Translations under genes and position numbers: made by a program
Notes under the pieces: generated by a model
Told to the model about the DNA's origin: nothing
Databases searched by the model: none
Seen by the model: only the letters and a program-made list of their open reading frames with translations
Origin: Candidatus Latescibacterota bacterium
Lineage (GTDB): Bacteria; Latescibacterota; UBA2968; GCA-2709665
Reading direction: 5' to 3'
Length of the DNA: 64,000 bases
NCBI GenBank assembly: GCA_965208835.1
Contig: OZ242358.1
Location: 608,001 to 672,000, forward strand
Shown: one piece after another, positions 25,918 to 34,204 of the stretch
Position numbering within the stretch: the stretch's first letter is position 1
How the letters are laid out: every line of letters begins with the position of its first letter

Positions 25918-28353
25918 ATGATGCGTTCGAACCGTATAAACACCGTCCTGAAAGGGTGCGGTGGATGGGCGTTCGCAGCAGTCCTGGCGATATGCTGGTC
26001 CGGGCAGGTCTGGGGCCAGGCGAATCACCCGGGATCCGCCGGCAGAGCCGCCCTGGAACGCGGGATGCTGTACACCTCCGTGACCACTCTGGGCACGCAG
26101 GGAGGCTCCATCGGCGCGGCGCTCTCGCGGGCCTCCAGCATGGTGTACCCGGCCACGGTGGGCGGGGACATCATCACGGGCCAGGGCTGGGCGAGCCAGT
26201 TGCCCTTCTTCCGCGTCGACTGCAACAGCGAAGGGCGGATCGAGAGCACGTCGCACGGGGAGGGCATTGGCTTGGCCTTGCGCCTTCCATCCAGTTTCCA
26301 GGGCTCGAGAGCCTACGACAATTTCTCCAAGAACGGGTACTACGTGGTATTGACCGGCCCGCGGTCGGACATGCTGGACGAGATCGTGCCCATGGTGGGC
26401 GACCCTGCCATGGATGAGGAACTGCGGTACCTGGGCGGGGAGATCAGGACGCAGCCCTCCTCCGCCGAGAATCCGGGCCTGGACTGGCGTAAAGGCGCGC
26501 CGTGGTACTATGCGCCCACGTGGAGCGAGAACCTCGCGCAGATTCTGGAGAATGCGCCGCTGAACAGGTCCCCCGTGAGGATCAGCAACTGGTCGTGGGG
26601 GGAATACGCGACTCCGGGGCCTCCGGCCGCGCCGTCATCCCGTTCCGACGAGTGGCCCGAAGAGATTATCGTGACAAAGTGGACCACGCTTGCCGGCGTT
26701 ACCTTTACGCGGCGCACGATGGCCTGGAGCTATCCGGCGTGGGACGACTTCATCATCACCGAGATCGAATTCGAAAACACGGGCGACAGCGACGGAGACG
26801 GCGAGAGGGACCTGCCCGCGGAAAGCCTGGATGGCGTATTCGTTCCCATCATCGGCGCCTGGATGATCTCTGACTCGGGGCTGTCCCACTACAACCGGTC
26901 GGACAGTTGGCACTGGTACAACGTGGGCGGCCTCGACGACTGGATCGTCTATACCGAAAACGCCGGTTATTCCGGCCCGGCCAAGGGGCTGAAGATGATC
27001 GTTGACTGGGACGGCGACAGTCCGGAGTTCCCGTGGGACGATACCGGCGATCCCGTCAACAAGCTGATTATTTCGCCCTCCTGCGATACGGGCCGCAAGG
27101 ACGGCGAATTCACCTCCTACCAGTATATGGGCTTCGGTCCGCTGGCGTATGAGGACGGCGGGGACTGGGGATTCAATACCAGGGACGCGGGGAAGTATAT
27201 CCAGCCCCAGGGCGACCAGCCCCACGCCGTGCGCTTCTGGCGGATCGAAAGTACCACGGTGTCCGAAGACCCGCGGCCCGGCGCGCACGACCGGCAGACC
27301 ATGTTCAATATGATCGCGGATGCCGGGTATCAGGCGAATCCCGGCGAGATCGGCGTGTTCTACAGCGCCCAGACCTTCGGGCCGTATTCGCTTGGCCCCG
27401 GCGAAAAGGCCAAGCTGGTGGTGGCCTGGGTGGGTGGCTCGGGCGCCGGCGAGAGCGACCTCTACACCTGGACGCGGTCGCACCTGTACGACTTCGAGGG
27501 CCTGAAGAAGGGCGAGGAATGGATGGTGGAGTTCTTCAATCGCGCGAAGTGGGCCTATGATAACGAATACGACGTCCCCGATTCGCCGCCGGACGTGTAC
27601 GTGGACGTATCAAACAGCCCCGACGCGCAGAACCTGCTCACGTGGAACTCGGCGGACGGCGCGATGAATCCGGATTACATCGGCGCGGAGGCGCAAGACG
27701 TGGCCGGTTACCGCATCTACCGCTCCGAGTGGAACCCGGACGGGCCCTGGACGAGGATTGGCGAGGTTCCGGCCGGGACGCATACATATACGGACGTAGA
27801 GTCGGTAGCCGGATTCAACTACTGGTATTCGGTAAGGCCGTTCGCCAACGGCCACGAGGACTGGGTAGGCCGCGTGGGCACCATGGCCACGCTTCCCGCC
27901 CTGGTGCAGGCGCAGGTGAAGGCCGGCCTGGAAGGCGGCCAGTGGGCCAGGTCCCAGCGTAAACCGCCGTTCTTCAGCCCGAAGCAGCCCGCGGTTGGCG
28001 AAACCGAGGCGTTGGGCCGGGAGGTGTTCGTGGTGCCCAATCCGTTCCGGGTTGGCGACGCGAATCTGCAATACCCGGGCAAACCGCAGATCCGGTTCGT
28101 GAACGTGCCGAGCAAGGCCTGGATCTACGTGTTCAACAGCGCGGGCGACATGGTCGGAAAGATCCTTCACGACGACCGCACGGATGCGCCCAACGATCCG
28201 AACGTCTGGCTGGGCGAAGCGCAGTGGGACCAGCTGGCGATGTCGCTGGGCACCGGGTCGATCTCTGCAGGCGTCTACTTCTTCGTGGTGGAATCTCTCG
28301 TTTCCGAAAGTATGGGGAAGAAGCGGATAGGAAAGTTCATGGTCATCCGATAG
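25918..28353 (+). CDS. Secreted protein with an Fn3-like domain and a T9SS-like C-terminal domain (receptor-associated cargo)
   Basis: SD AAGGAGG, signal peptide, GPYSLGPGE, Fn3-like VAGYRIYRS...YTDVESVAGFNYWYSV, C-terminal VVPNPF...IRFVNVP...AGVYFFVVE...GKFMVIR. Confidence 0.8.
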   Translation: MMRSNRINTVLKGCGGWAFAAVLAICWSGQVWGQANHPGSAGRAALERGMLYTSVTTLGTQGGSIGAALSRASSMVYPATVGGDIITGQGWASQLPFFRVDCNSEGRIESTSHGEGIGLALRLPSSFQGSRAYDNFSKNGYYVVLTGPRSDMLDEIVPMVGDPAMDEELRYLGGEIRTQPSSAENPGLDWRKGAPWYYAPTWSENLAQILENAPLNRSPVRISNWSWGEYATPGPPAAPSSRSDEWPEEIIVTKWTTLAGVTFTRRTMAWSYPAWDDFIITEIEFENTGDSDGDGERDLPAESLDGVFVPIIGAWMISDSGLSHYNRSDSWHWYNVGGLDDWIVYTENAGYSGPAKGLKMIVDWDGDSPEFPWDDTGDPVNKLIISPSCDTGRKDGEFTSYQYMGFGPLAYEDGGDWGFNTRDAGKYIQPQGDQPHAVRFWRIESTTVSEDPRPGAHDRQTMFNMIADAGYQANPGEIGVFYSAQTFGPYSLGPGEKAKLVVAWVGGSGAGESDLYTWTRSHLYDFEGLKKGEEWMVEFFNRAKWAYDNEYDVPDSPPDVYVDVSNSPDAQNLLTWNSADGAMNPDYIGAEAQDVAGYRIYRSEWNPDGPWTRIGEVPAGTHTYTDVESVAGFNYWYSVRPFANGHEDWVGRVGTMATLPALVQAQVKAGLEGGQWARSQRKPPFFSPKQPAVGETEALGREVFVVPNPFRVGDANLQYPGKPQIRFVNVPSKAWIYVFNSAGDMVGKILHDDRTDAPNDPNVWLGEAQWDQLAMSLGTGSISAGVYFFVVESLVSESMGKKRIGKFMVIR

Positions 28354-28390
28354 CCGGCGTGAGGCAATCCCGGGAAGGAGCGATAAGCTT

Positions 28391-29371
28391 ATGAAGCGGA
28401 TATTATGCGTGACACTGATGACCGTTCTCGCGGCCGGCGCAATGGGGAACTCGCCGGCGGAAGCGCGGGACGTGCCCGAAATCCTCAAGTCCGAGGATTT
28501 CCGGAAGCTGGGACTGGCGTCGTTTCCATGGATGAAGGTGACCCAGTCCCCGCGCGCGGCCGCCATGGGAGATGCGTTTACGGCCGTGTCGAACGACATC
28601 AACGCGATCTTTTCGAACCCGGCCGGCCTGGTCCACCTGGAGCGGTTCGGGTACCAGTTGACCCACACCAGGTGGCTGGTCGACACAGGGTTCTACAGCG
28701 GTGCCTTTGCCTACAGGACGGGCTGGGGTGTTCTGGGCGCCAGCGTTTTGAACTACGACGTGGGCGATATGCCGGTACGGACCATTTTCAACCCGGAGGG
28801 CACGGGAGAGATGATCAAGGGCGGCGGGACCTCCGTCGGCCTGGCCTATGCGTTTCACGCGACCGACAAGCTGGGTCTGGGCGTCCGGGTGGTGTATATT
28901 TCGGAGACCCTGCACGTGGACAACATGACCTCCCTGGTTCTGGACGCCGGAACCCACTTCTACACGGGTTTCCGGAGTTCCCGAATCGCCCTGGCCATGC
29001 GGAATTTCGGGCCGGATACCAAGGTGCTGGCGGAGGACCAGAAGTTCCTGATGCCGATGAATTTCGATATCGGCGTGGCCATGGAGCTCTTCGGTCAGAT
29101 GGACGAGCCGAATTACCTGACCGTCTCTTTCGCCAGTTCCTATCAGGTCGACTACGAACAGCGGTGGCAGATCGGCAGTGAGCTCTGGCTTTCCAGTGCG
29201 GTGGCCCTGCGCGCCGGTTACAAGTTCAACCACGACCTTGAAACTTACAGCTTCGGCGCGGGCTTCAAGGGCGACTGGGGCGACCGGACGGTGCTGGTGG
29301 ATGTCGCCTATACCAACGTCGGCGAGTTGCTGGATGCACCGATTCGGTTCAGCATTGGGGGCGCATTTTAG
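28391..29371 (+). CDS. PorV/PorQ-family (FadL-like) outer-membrane barrel
   Basis: SPRAAAMGDAFTAVSNDINAIFSNPAGL, ALRAGY and terminal FSIGGAF; 326 aa with signal peptide. Confidence 0.88.
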   Translation: MKRILCVTLMTVLAAGAMGNSPAEARDVPEILKSEDFRKLGLASFPWMKVTQSPRAAAMGDAFTAVSNDINAIFSNPAGLVHLERFGYQLTHTRWLVDTGFYSGAFAYRTGWGVLGASVLNYDVGDMPVRTIFNPEGTGEMIKGGGTSVGLAYAFHATDKLGLGVRVVYISETLHVDNMTSLVLDAGTHFYTGFRSSRIALAMRNFGPDTKVLAEDQKFLMPMNFDIGVAMELFGQMDEPNYLTVSFASSYQVDYEQRWQIGSELWLSSAVALRAGYKFNHDLETYSFGAGFKGDWGDRTVLVDVAYTNVGELLDAPIRFSIGGAF

Positions 29372-29422
29372 GTTCGTTTGCCGGGCGGTTCTTGTTGCGG
29401 GCCGCTCGACGTAAAAAGCGCT

Positions 29423-29484
29423 AACGGCGGCGCAATGTGTCTCCGGCCGGGTCGGCGGGAAGGGGCATTGGCCGCCGTTTTGTT
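29423..29484 (+). terminator. Terminator-like stem after the PorV gene
   Basis: AACGGCGGC (29423-29431) pairs with GCCGCCGTT (29471-29479), with further internal pairing, followed by TTGTT. Confidence 0.45.
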
Positions 29485-29566
29485 ATCGGTGCACGGATCG
29501 CTAAGTGAAAGGATCCGGCATCAGCAGTCAAGAGCCGGGGGAGACGTCCCCGGTGCGAGGTGGTCC

Positions 29567-30454
29567 ATGCGTGCCATCGGACGTTGCTGTGTTTGTCTGA
29601 TCTGCTGGGGCGTTCTGGCTTGCGGCGGAGCGGACGAACCGCTCACCAGTCCCGTAGAGGAGTTCGATCCGAACCAGGATCGACCCCTTCCGGTGGGTCT
29701 GGTGCGGCTCTTCCGGGGTGTGGAAATGGTTCGGGTGCCCGCCGGCCATTTCACCATGGGCATGGAAAGAGGACCGGCGGACCAGCAGCCCGCGCGGCAG
29801 GTATACCTGAGCGCCTTCTACATTGACAGGTATGAAGTGACCAATGCGCAGTATTTCCAGTTCTGGGCCGCGCCGGACGGCGGCAACCGCGAAAGGTATA
29901 CCCCGGCCAGCCATGGATCCACTAACGGTATCGGTGACTGGCCCGCCCGGGTGGAGACCAGGCCGGATTTCCCGGCCGTGGGGATCAACTGGTTCGACGC
30001 GGCCGCCTACTGCGCCTGGCGCGGGGCCAGGCTGCCCACCGAAGCGGAATGGGAGAAGACGGCGCGCGGCGACGAAGCGAGGGAACCCTACCCCTGGAAC
30101 AAGGGGCTGAACGGTTCCCGGGCGAATTACAGGGACGGCGACGACGGATACGACAATACCCTGGCGCCGGTGGGGAACTACCCGGAGGGCGTCAGTTTTT
30201 ACGGGGCAATGGACCTGGTGGGAAACGTGTGGGAGTGGTGCGCGGACTACTACGACGCCGAGCATTACAAAGTGGCGGTAACCATCGGCCCCACGGGACC
30301 GGAGCAGGGTAAATTCCGCGTACTTCGGGGCGGCTCCTGGCGGACCGCCGCAGGACAGGATCCGAACAAGCTCAGCATCACCTATCGCAGCTGGTCGGAT
30401 CCCGCGGGAGCAACGGACGGATGGGGCGTCCGCTGCGCGAGGGACGTAAACTGA
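29567..30454 (+). CDS. FGE-sulfatase (SUMF1)-fold lipoprotein
   Basis: Lipobox-like VLAC, then FTMG, IDRYEVTNAQY, RLPTEAEWEK, DLVGNVWEW, RGGSW and GVRC. Start at ATG 29567 with SD GAGGTG. Confidence 0.88.
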   Translation: MRAIGRCCVCLICWGVLACGGADEPLTSPVEEFDPNQDRPLPVGLVRLFRGVEMVRVPAGHFTMGMERGPADQQPARQVYLSAFYIDRYEVTNAQYFQFWAAPDGGNRERYTPASHGSTNGIGDWPARVETRPDFPAVGINWFDAAAYCAWRGARLPTEAEWEKTARGDEAREPYPWNKGLNGSRANYRDGDDGYDNTLAPVGNYPEGVSFYGAMDLVGNVWEWCADYYDAEHYKVAVTIGPTGPEQGKFRVLRGGSWRTAAGQDPNKLSITYRSWSDPAGATDGWGVRCARDVN

Positions 30455-30456
30455 GC

Positions 30457-31314
30457 ATGCGCCGGTGCAAGCGGTGGCTGGTTGCCTGGTATGGACTCCT
30501 GGTGAGCGCCGGGTGCAGCGGAGAGTCCCTCCTCGATGAACTGCCCGAGGGGGTCTTCCTGGACCGCACGCCGGCCGGTACCGTGGACACGATGCTGGTC
30601 GTAGACGCCGGCGATTTTCTGATGGGTACGAATCAGGGTTTCGACCCTGAAGGCCCTGCACACGTCGTCTATCTCAGCGCGTTTTATATTGACAAATACG
30701 AGGTGACCAACGCTCAGTTCCGTGCGTACGCGCGCGCGACGGGGGCTTCATTGCCGGCCGAAGCGGGGAATCCGCTATTTTCGAGAGACCGCCAGCCGGT
30801 CGTGGGGGCGACGTGGACGGAAGCGGACGCCTACTGCGGGTGGCGGGGCGGACGCCTGCCCACGGAGGCGCAGTGGGAAAAGGCCGCTCGGGGAACGGAC
30901 GGACGGACCTATCCGTGGGGTGAAGCAGCGCCCGGCGCGGACTACGCAGTCATGGATCTGGGCGGGACGTGCGGCCGCACAAACTGGGCGAATCCTTCCG
31001 CCGGTCCCGTGCCGGGGGAGTTCTGTCATACCCTGCCGGTGGGTTCCAGGCCCAGGGGCGCGAGCCCTTACGGGTTGCTGGACATGGCAGGCAACGCGTG
31101 GGAGTGGTGCAACGACTGGTACGACGACACGTACTACGGTCGCAGTCCACGGGAAGATCCATCCGGCCCTGCGACCGGGACGTTTCGCGTTGTAAGAGGC
31201 AGTTCATGGCACCACCTTCCCCATTACCTTAAAACCTCCGCCCGGTTCAGATTCTATCCCGACCAGAAGGGCAATTTCATCGGATTTCGCTGTGTGCGGG
31301 ACGTACTGCAATAG
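30457..31314 (+). CDS. FGE-sulfatase (SUMF1)-fold lipoprotein, second copy
   Basis: Lipobox-like SAGC, then IDKYEVTNAQF, RLPTEAQWEKAARG, DMAGNAWEW and GFRC. Confidence 0.88.
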   Translation: MRRCKRWLVAWYGLLVSAGCSGESLLDELPEGVFLDRTPAGTVDTMLVVDAGDFLMGTNQGFDPEGPAHVVYLSAFYIDKYEVTNAQFRAYARATGASLPAEAGNPLFSRDRQPVVGATWTEADAYCGWRGGRLPTEAQWEKAARGTDGRTYPWGEAAPGADYAVMDLGGTCGRTNWANPSAGPVPGEFCHTLPVGSRPRGASPYGLLDMAGNAWEWCNDWYDDTYYGRSPREDPSGPATGTFRVVRGSSWHHLPHYLKTSARFRFYPDQKGNFIGFRCVRDVLQ

Positions 31315-32461
31315 CCTGTGCGCCGGCACGCTGCGCCGCGCACTGCGGCAGGGGTTGCTGGCGGTCTGCGTTTCGTCAGCGCAACCTCTGGCGGCGAGCG
31401 TAGCCGGGTTCGCGCTCGAGGATAGCGTGGCTGCCCGTCTGCGCGACGTAACCGGTCTGGCCGCGCGGGAGTCGACGGGATTCGGGGCTGGAGGGACGAC
31501 CCGCGCATATCCAACGTTCGCCGAAGCCGCCAGATCCGTGGCCCGGAGACGAACCGGGAATGCACAGAGTTGGAGTCTCACCCAGGCGGAGATCGGTCTC
31601 GCGGTTGTACGCCTGCGCGAAGCCCTGGCCGCCGCTCCGGATTTCGCGGCGGCGCACTACCTGCTGGGCCTGGTGGAAGCGCGCCGGCGAAGGTACGGGG
31701 ACGCGCTGGCAGCCTATCGCCGGGCCGCACCTGCAGGGCTACCCTTTTCGGGCGATCCGATGAAGGCGCTGTTTTTAGGTGCGGTCGCCCGCTGCCAGGC
31801 CGCCGCGCAGCAGGTCGCGACGGGCACCCAGTTTCTGGACAGGGGAAAGGTCGACGAGGCGGGAGCGGCATATGCAGAGGCCGTCGCGCTGATGCCGGAC
31901 TACGCCGAGGCGCACGCGAATCTGGGCCTTGTCCATATGCTCCGCGGAGACCTGGACGGGGCCGTTTCCCGGCAGGTGGAGGCCATCCGGCTGGATCCGG
32001 ACCTCGCAGAGGCGCATTACAATCTGGGCAATGTATATTCCCGGCAGGGACGGTACGGGGAGGCGGTGACATCGTACAGGGAGGCCATCCGGCTGAAACC
32101 GGATAGCGCGCCGCCTGATTCGATCGTGTCGGTTGTCGATGCGAATCAGGGAGCGTACACCCGGTCGGTGGCCGGATACCAGCACGCGATGCGTTACGCG
32201 GGCCTGGCCAACGCGTATTTCAATCTCGGCGACCACACGGCGGCGATCGAGTCCTATACGCGCGCCATCGGCCTCGCGCCGGATTTTGCCGACGGACATT
32301 ACAATCTGGGCGTTATTCACGAACGGACGGGCGACGTGGAGCGCGCCATCCACCACTGGCGGGCGTATCTGAGGCTTGCCCGGCGGGATTCCGCGCAGCA
32401 GGCCTGGGTCGCGGACGCCAGGACCAGGCTCGCCCGGTTGGAAGCGTCTCGAAAAGAGTGA
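31292..32461 (+). CDS. Tetratricopeptide-repeat protein (start uncertain)
   Basis: Multiple TPRs, e.g. AEAHYNLGNVYSRQGRYGEAVTSYREAIRLKP. Confidence 0.85.
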   Translation: MCGTYCNSLCAGTLRRALRQGLLAVCVSSAQPLAASVAGFALEDSVAARLRDVTGLAARESTGFGAGGTTRAYPTFAEAARSVARRRTGNAQSWSLTQAEIGLAVVRLREALAAAPDFAAAHYLLGLVEARRRRYGDALAAYRRAAPAGLPFSGDPMKALFLGAVARCQAAAQQVATGTQFLDRGKVDEAGAAYAEAVALMPDYAEAHANLGLVHMLRGDLDGAVSRQVEAIRLDPDLAEAHYNLGNVYSRQGRYGEAVTSYREAIRLKPDSAPPDSIVSVVDANQGAYTRSVAGYQHAMRYAGLANAYFNLGDHTAAIESYTRAIGLAPDFADGHYNLGVIHERTGDVERAIHHWRAYLRLARRDSAQQAWVADARTRLARLEASRKE

Positions 32462-34188
32462 AACGCACAAGGACCATATTCGCGGTTCTCGCGTTCTCAA
32501 TGTGCATGGAGGGAAACGGCCTCGCGCAAGGGGTGATTTTCAAGGATGTGACCCGTTCCTCCGGGATCGTGTTCAGGCACGACAACGGGGGTTCCGGCAG
32601 CGAGTTGATGCCGGAATCGATGGGATCCGGATGCGCGTTCTGGGACTTTGACGGCGATGGGGATTCGGATATTCTCCTGATCAGCTGCGCCACGTTGCGC
32701 GAGCGCGGGTCCGAGCCGCCATCCACGATGGCGCTCTACCGGAATGACGGAAGCGGTCGTTTCTCCGACGTGACCGCGCAGGCGGGGCTCAAGCATCCCA
32801 TGTTCGGGATGGGCTGCGCGACCGGAGACTACGACAACGACGGGGACAGCGACCTGTACGTGGCCGGCCTGGGCGCGAACCGGCTCTTTCGGAATCGGGG
32901 CGACGGACGGTTTGAGGACGTCACGGCGCAGGCGGGGGTGGGTGACTCCACGTGGAGCGTGTGCGCGGTCTGGCTGGACTACGACCGGGATGGGGACCTG
33001 GACCTGTTTGTGGGCAATTACCTGCGATGGTCGGCGGAACGGGATTCCTGGCTGTCAGCGCGTTCGGGGGCGCGTTCGTATGCGCCTCAGTTGTACGATC
33101 CGATTTACTCACGGCTGTACAGGAATGACGGAGTCCGGTTTTCGGACGTTACGAAAGCGTCGGGCATCGGCGGAAAGCCGGGCAAGGGCATGTCCGCCGT
33201 CTCCCTCGATTACAATGGCGACGGATGGCCCGACATCCTGATGTCCAACGATACGATGCCGGATTATCTGTTCCGCAACAACGGGGACGGCACGTTTACC
33301 GAGGATGGCCTTTTGGCGGGCGTGGCGTACAGCGCCGCCGGAGAGGCGAAGTCGGGGATGGGGGTCGGCGCCGGAGACGTCCGCAACGCCGGCAGGGAGG
33401 ACGTGGCCATCGGGAACTTCACCTACGAGATGATTTCCCTGTTTGAGAACCGGGACGGGGCATTCTTCACGGACCGGACCCTGCCTTCCGGCGTGGGGCA
33501 GCCGAGTGCGCCGTTCGTCACCTTCGGAGTTTTCTTTTTCGATTTCGATCTGGACGGGCGCCTGGACCTCTTCGCGGCAAACGGACACGTGGACAACCGG
33601 ATACGCCGGGTCAAATCCCACCTCAGCTACGCTCAGCGCCCGTTATTATACAGGAACAGGGGCGATGGCAGCTTCGAGGAGATGGGTGCGGCAAGCGGAC
33701 TCGTCGATCGCCTGGTCGGGCGCGGGGCGGCGTACGCGGACTATGACGGCGACGGCGACCTGGACGTGCTGGTTTCCGCCAACAACGGTCGTCCCGCGCT
33801 CTATCGCAACGAAGGCGGGAACCGGAACCGCTGTCTGAGGGTGAAACTGATTGGTGGCATCGCGACCGCCGGCGAGGACGTCCGCCAGCCGGACGGTGAG
33901 CCGCGCTGGTCCAACCGGGACGGAATTGGCGCGACCGTGCGCGTGCGGTCAGCGGACGTGGTGCAAACGCGCTTCGTGAGGTCGGGATCGAGCTATTGTT
34001 CGCAGAGTGAGCAAGTATTGACATTCGGTCTGGCAGGGGCCGGGGCGGCCGATTCGGTTGAGGTGGCCTGGCCATCGGGCCGGATTGAACGGATCAGCGA
34101 CGTTGCTGCCGGGCAGACCGTGACCGTTCGGGAGGGACGGGGAATTGTTGCCGGAACGCCGCTGAGAAACAATCCGGCGGCGGATTGA
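32458..34188 (+). CDS. CRTAC1 / ASPIC-UnbV family protein with FG-GAP/VCBS repeats
   Basis: FKDVT..SGI.F.H, repeated DxDxDGDxD motifs, and C-terminal SNRDGIGA...GSSYCSQS...FGL...WPSG. Overlaps the TPR gene by GTGA. Confidence 0.92.
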   Translation: MKRTRTIFAVLAFSMCMEGNGLAQGVIFKDVTRSSGIVFRHDNGGSGSELMPESMGSGCAFWDFDGDGDSDILLISCATLRERGSEPPSTMALYRNDGSGRFSDVTAQAGLKHPMFGMGCATGDYDNDGDSDLYVAGLGANRLFRNRGDGRFEDVTAQAGVGDSTWSVCAVWLDYDRDGDLDLFVGNYLRWSAERDSWLSARSGARSYAPQLYDPIYSRLYRNDGVRFSDVTKASGIGGKPGKGMSAVSLDYNGDGWPDILMSNDTMPDYLFRNNGDGTFTEDGLLAGVAYSAAGEAKSGMGVGAGDVRNAGREDVAIGNFTYEMISLFENRDGAFFTDRTLPSGVGQPSAPFVTFGVFFFDFDLDGRLDLFAANGHVDNRIRRVKSHLSYAQRPLLYRNRGDGSFEEMGAASGLVDRLVGRGAAYADYDGDGDLDVLVSANNGRPALYRNEGGNRNRCLRVKLIGGIATAGEDVRQPDGEPRWSNRDGIGATVRVRSADVVQTRFVRSGSSYCSQSEQVLTFGLAGAGAADSVEVAWPSGRIERISDVAAGQTVTVREGRGIVAGTPLRNNPAAD

Positions 34189-34204
34189 GACAAGGGGGCA
34201 CACC

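Noticed and set aside
29567-31314. Diversity-generating retroelement targets (CLec/FGE fold)
   Set aside because: I saw no reverse transcriptase and no template repeat differing only at adenines. The two 3' ends are ordinarily divergent.
29567-31314. Active formylglycine-generating enzymes
   Set aside because: The catalytic Cys pair after RGGS is missing, and no sulfatase gene is present in the window.
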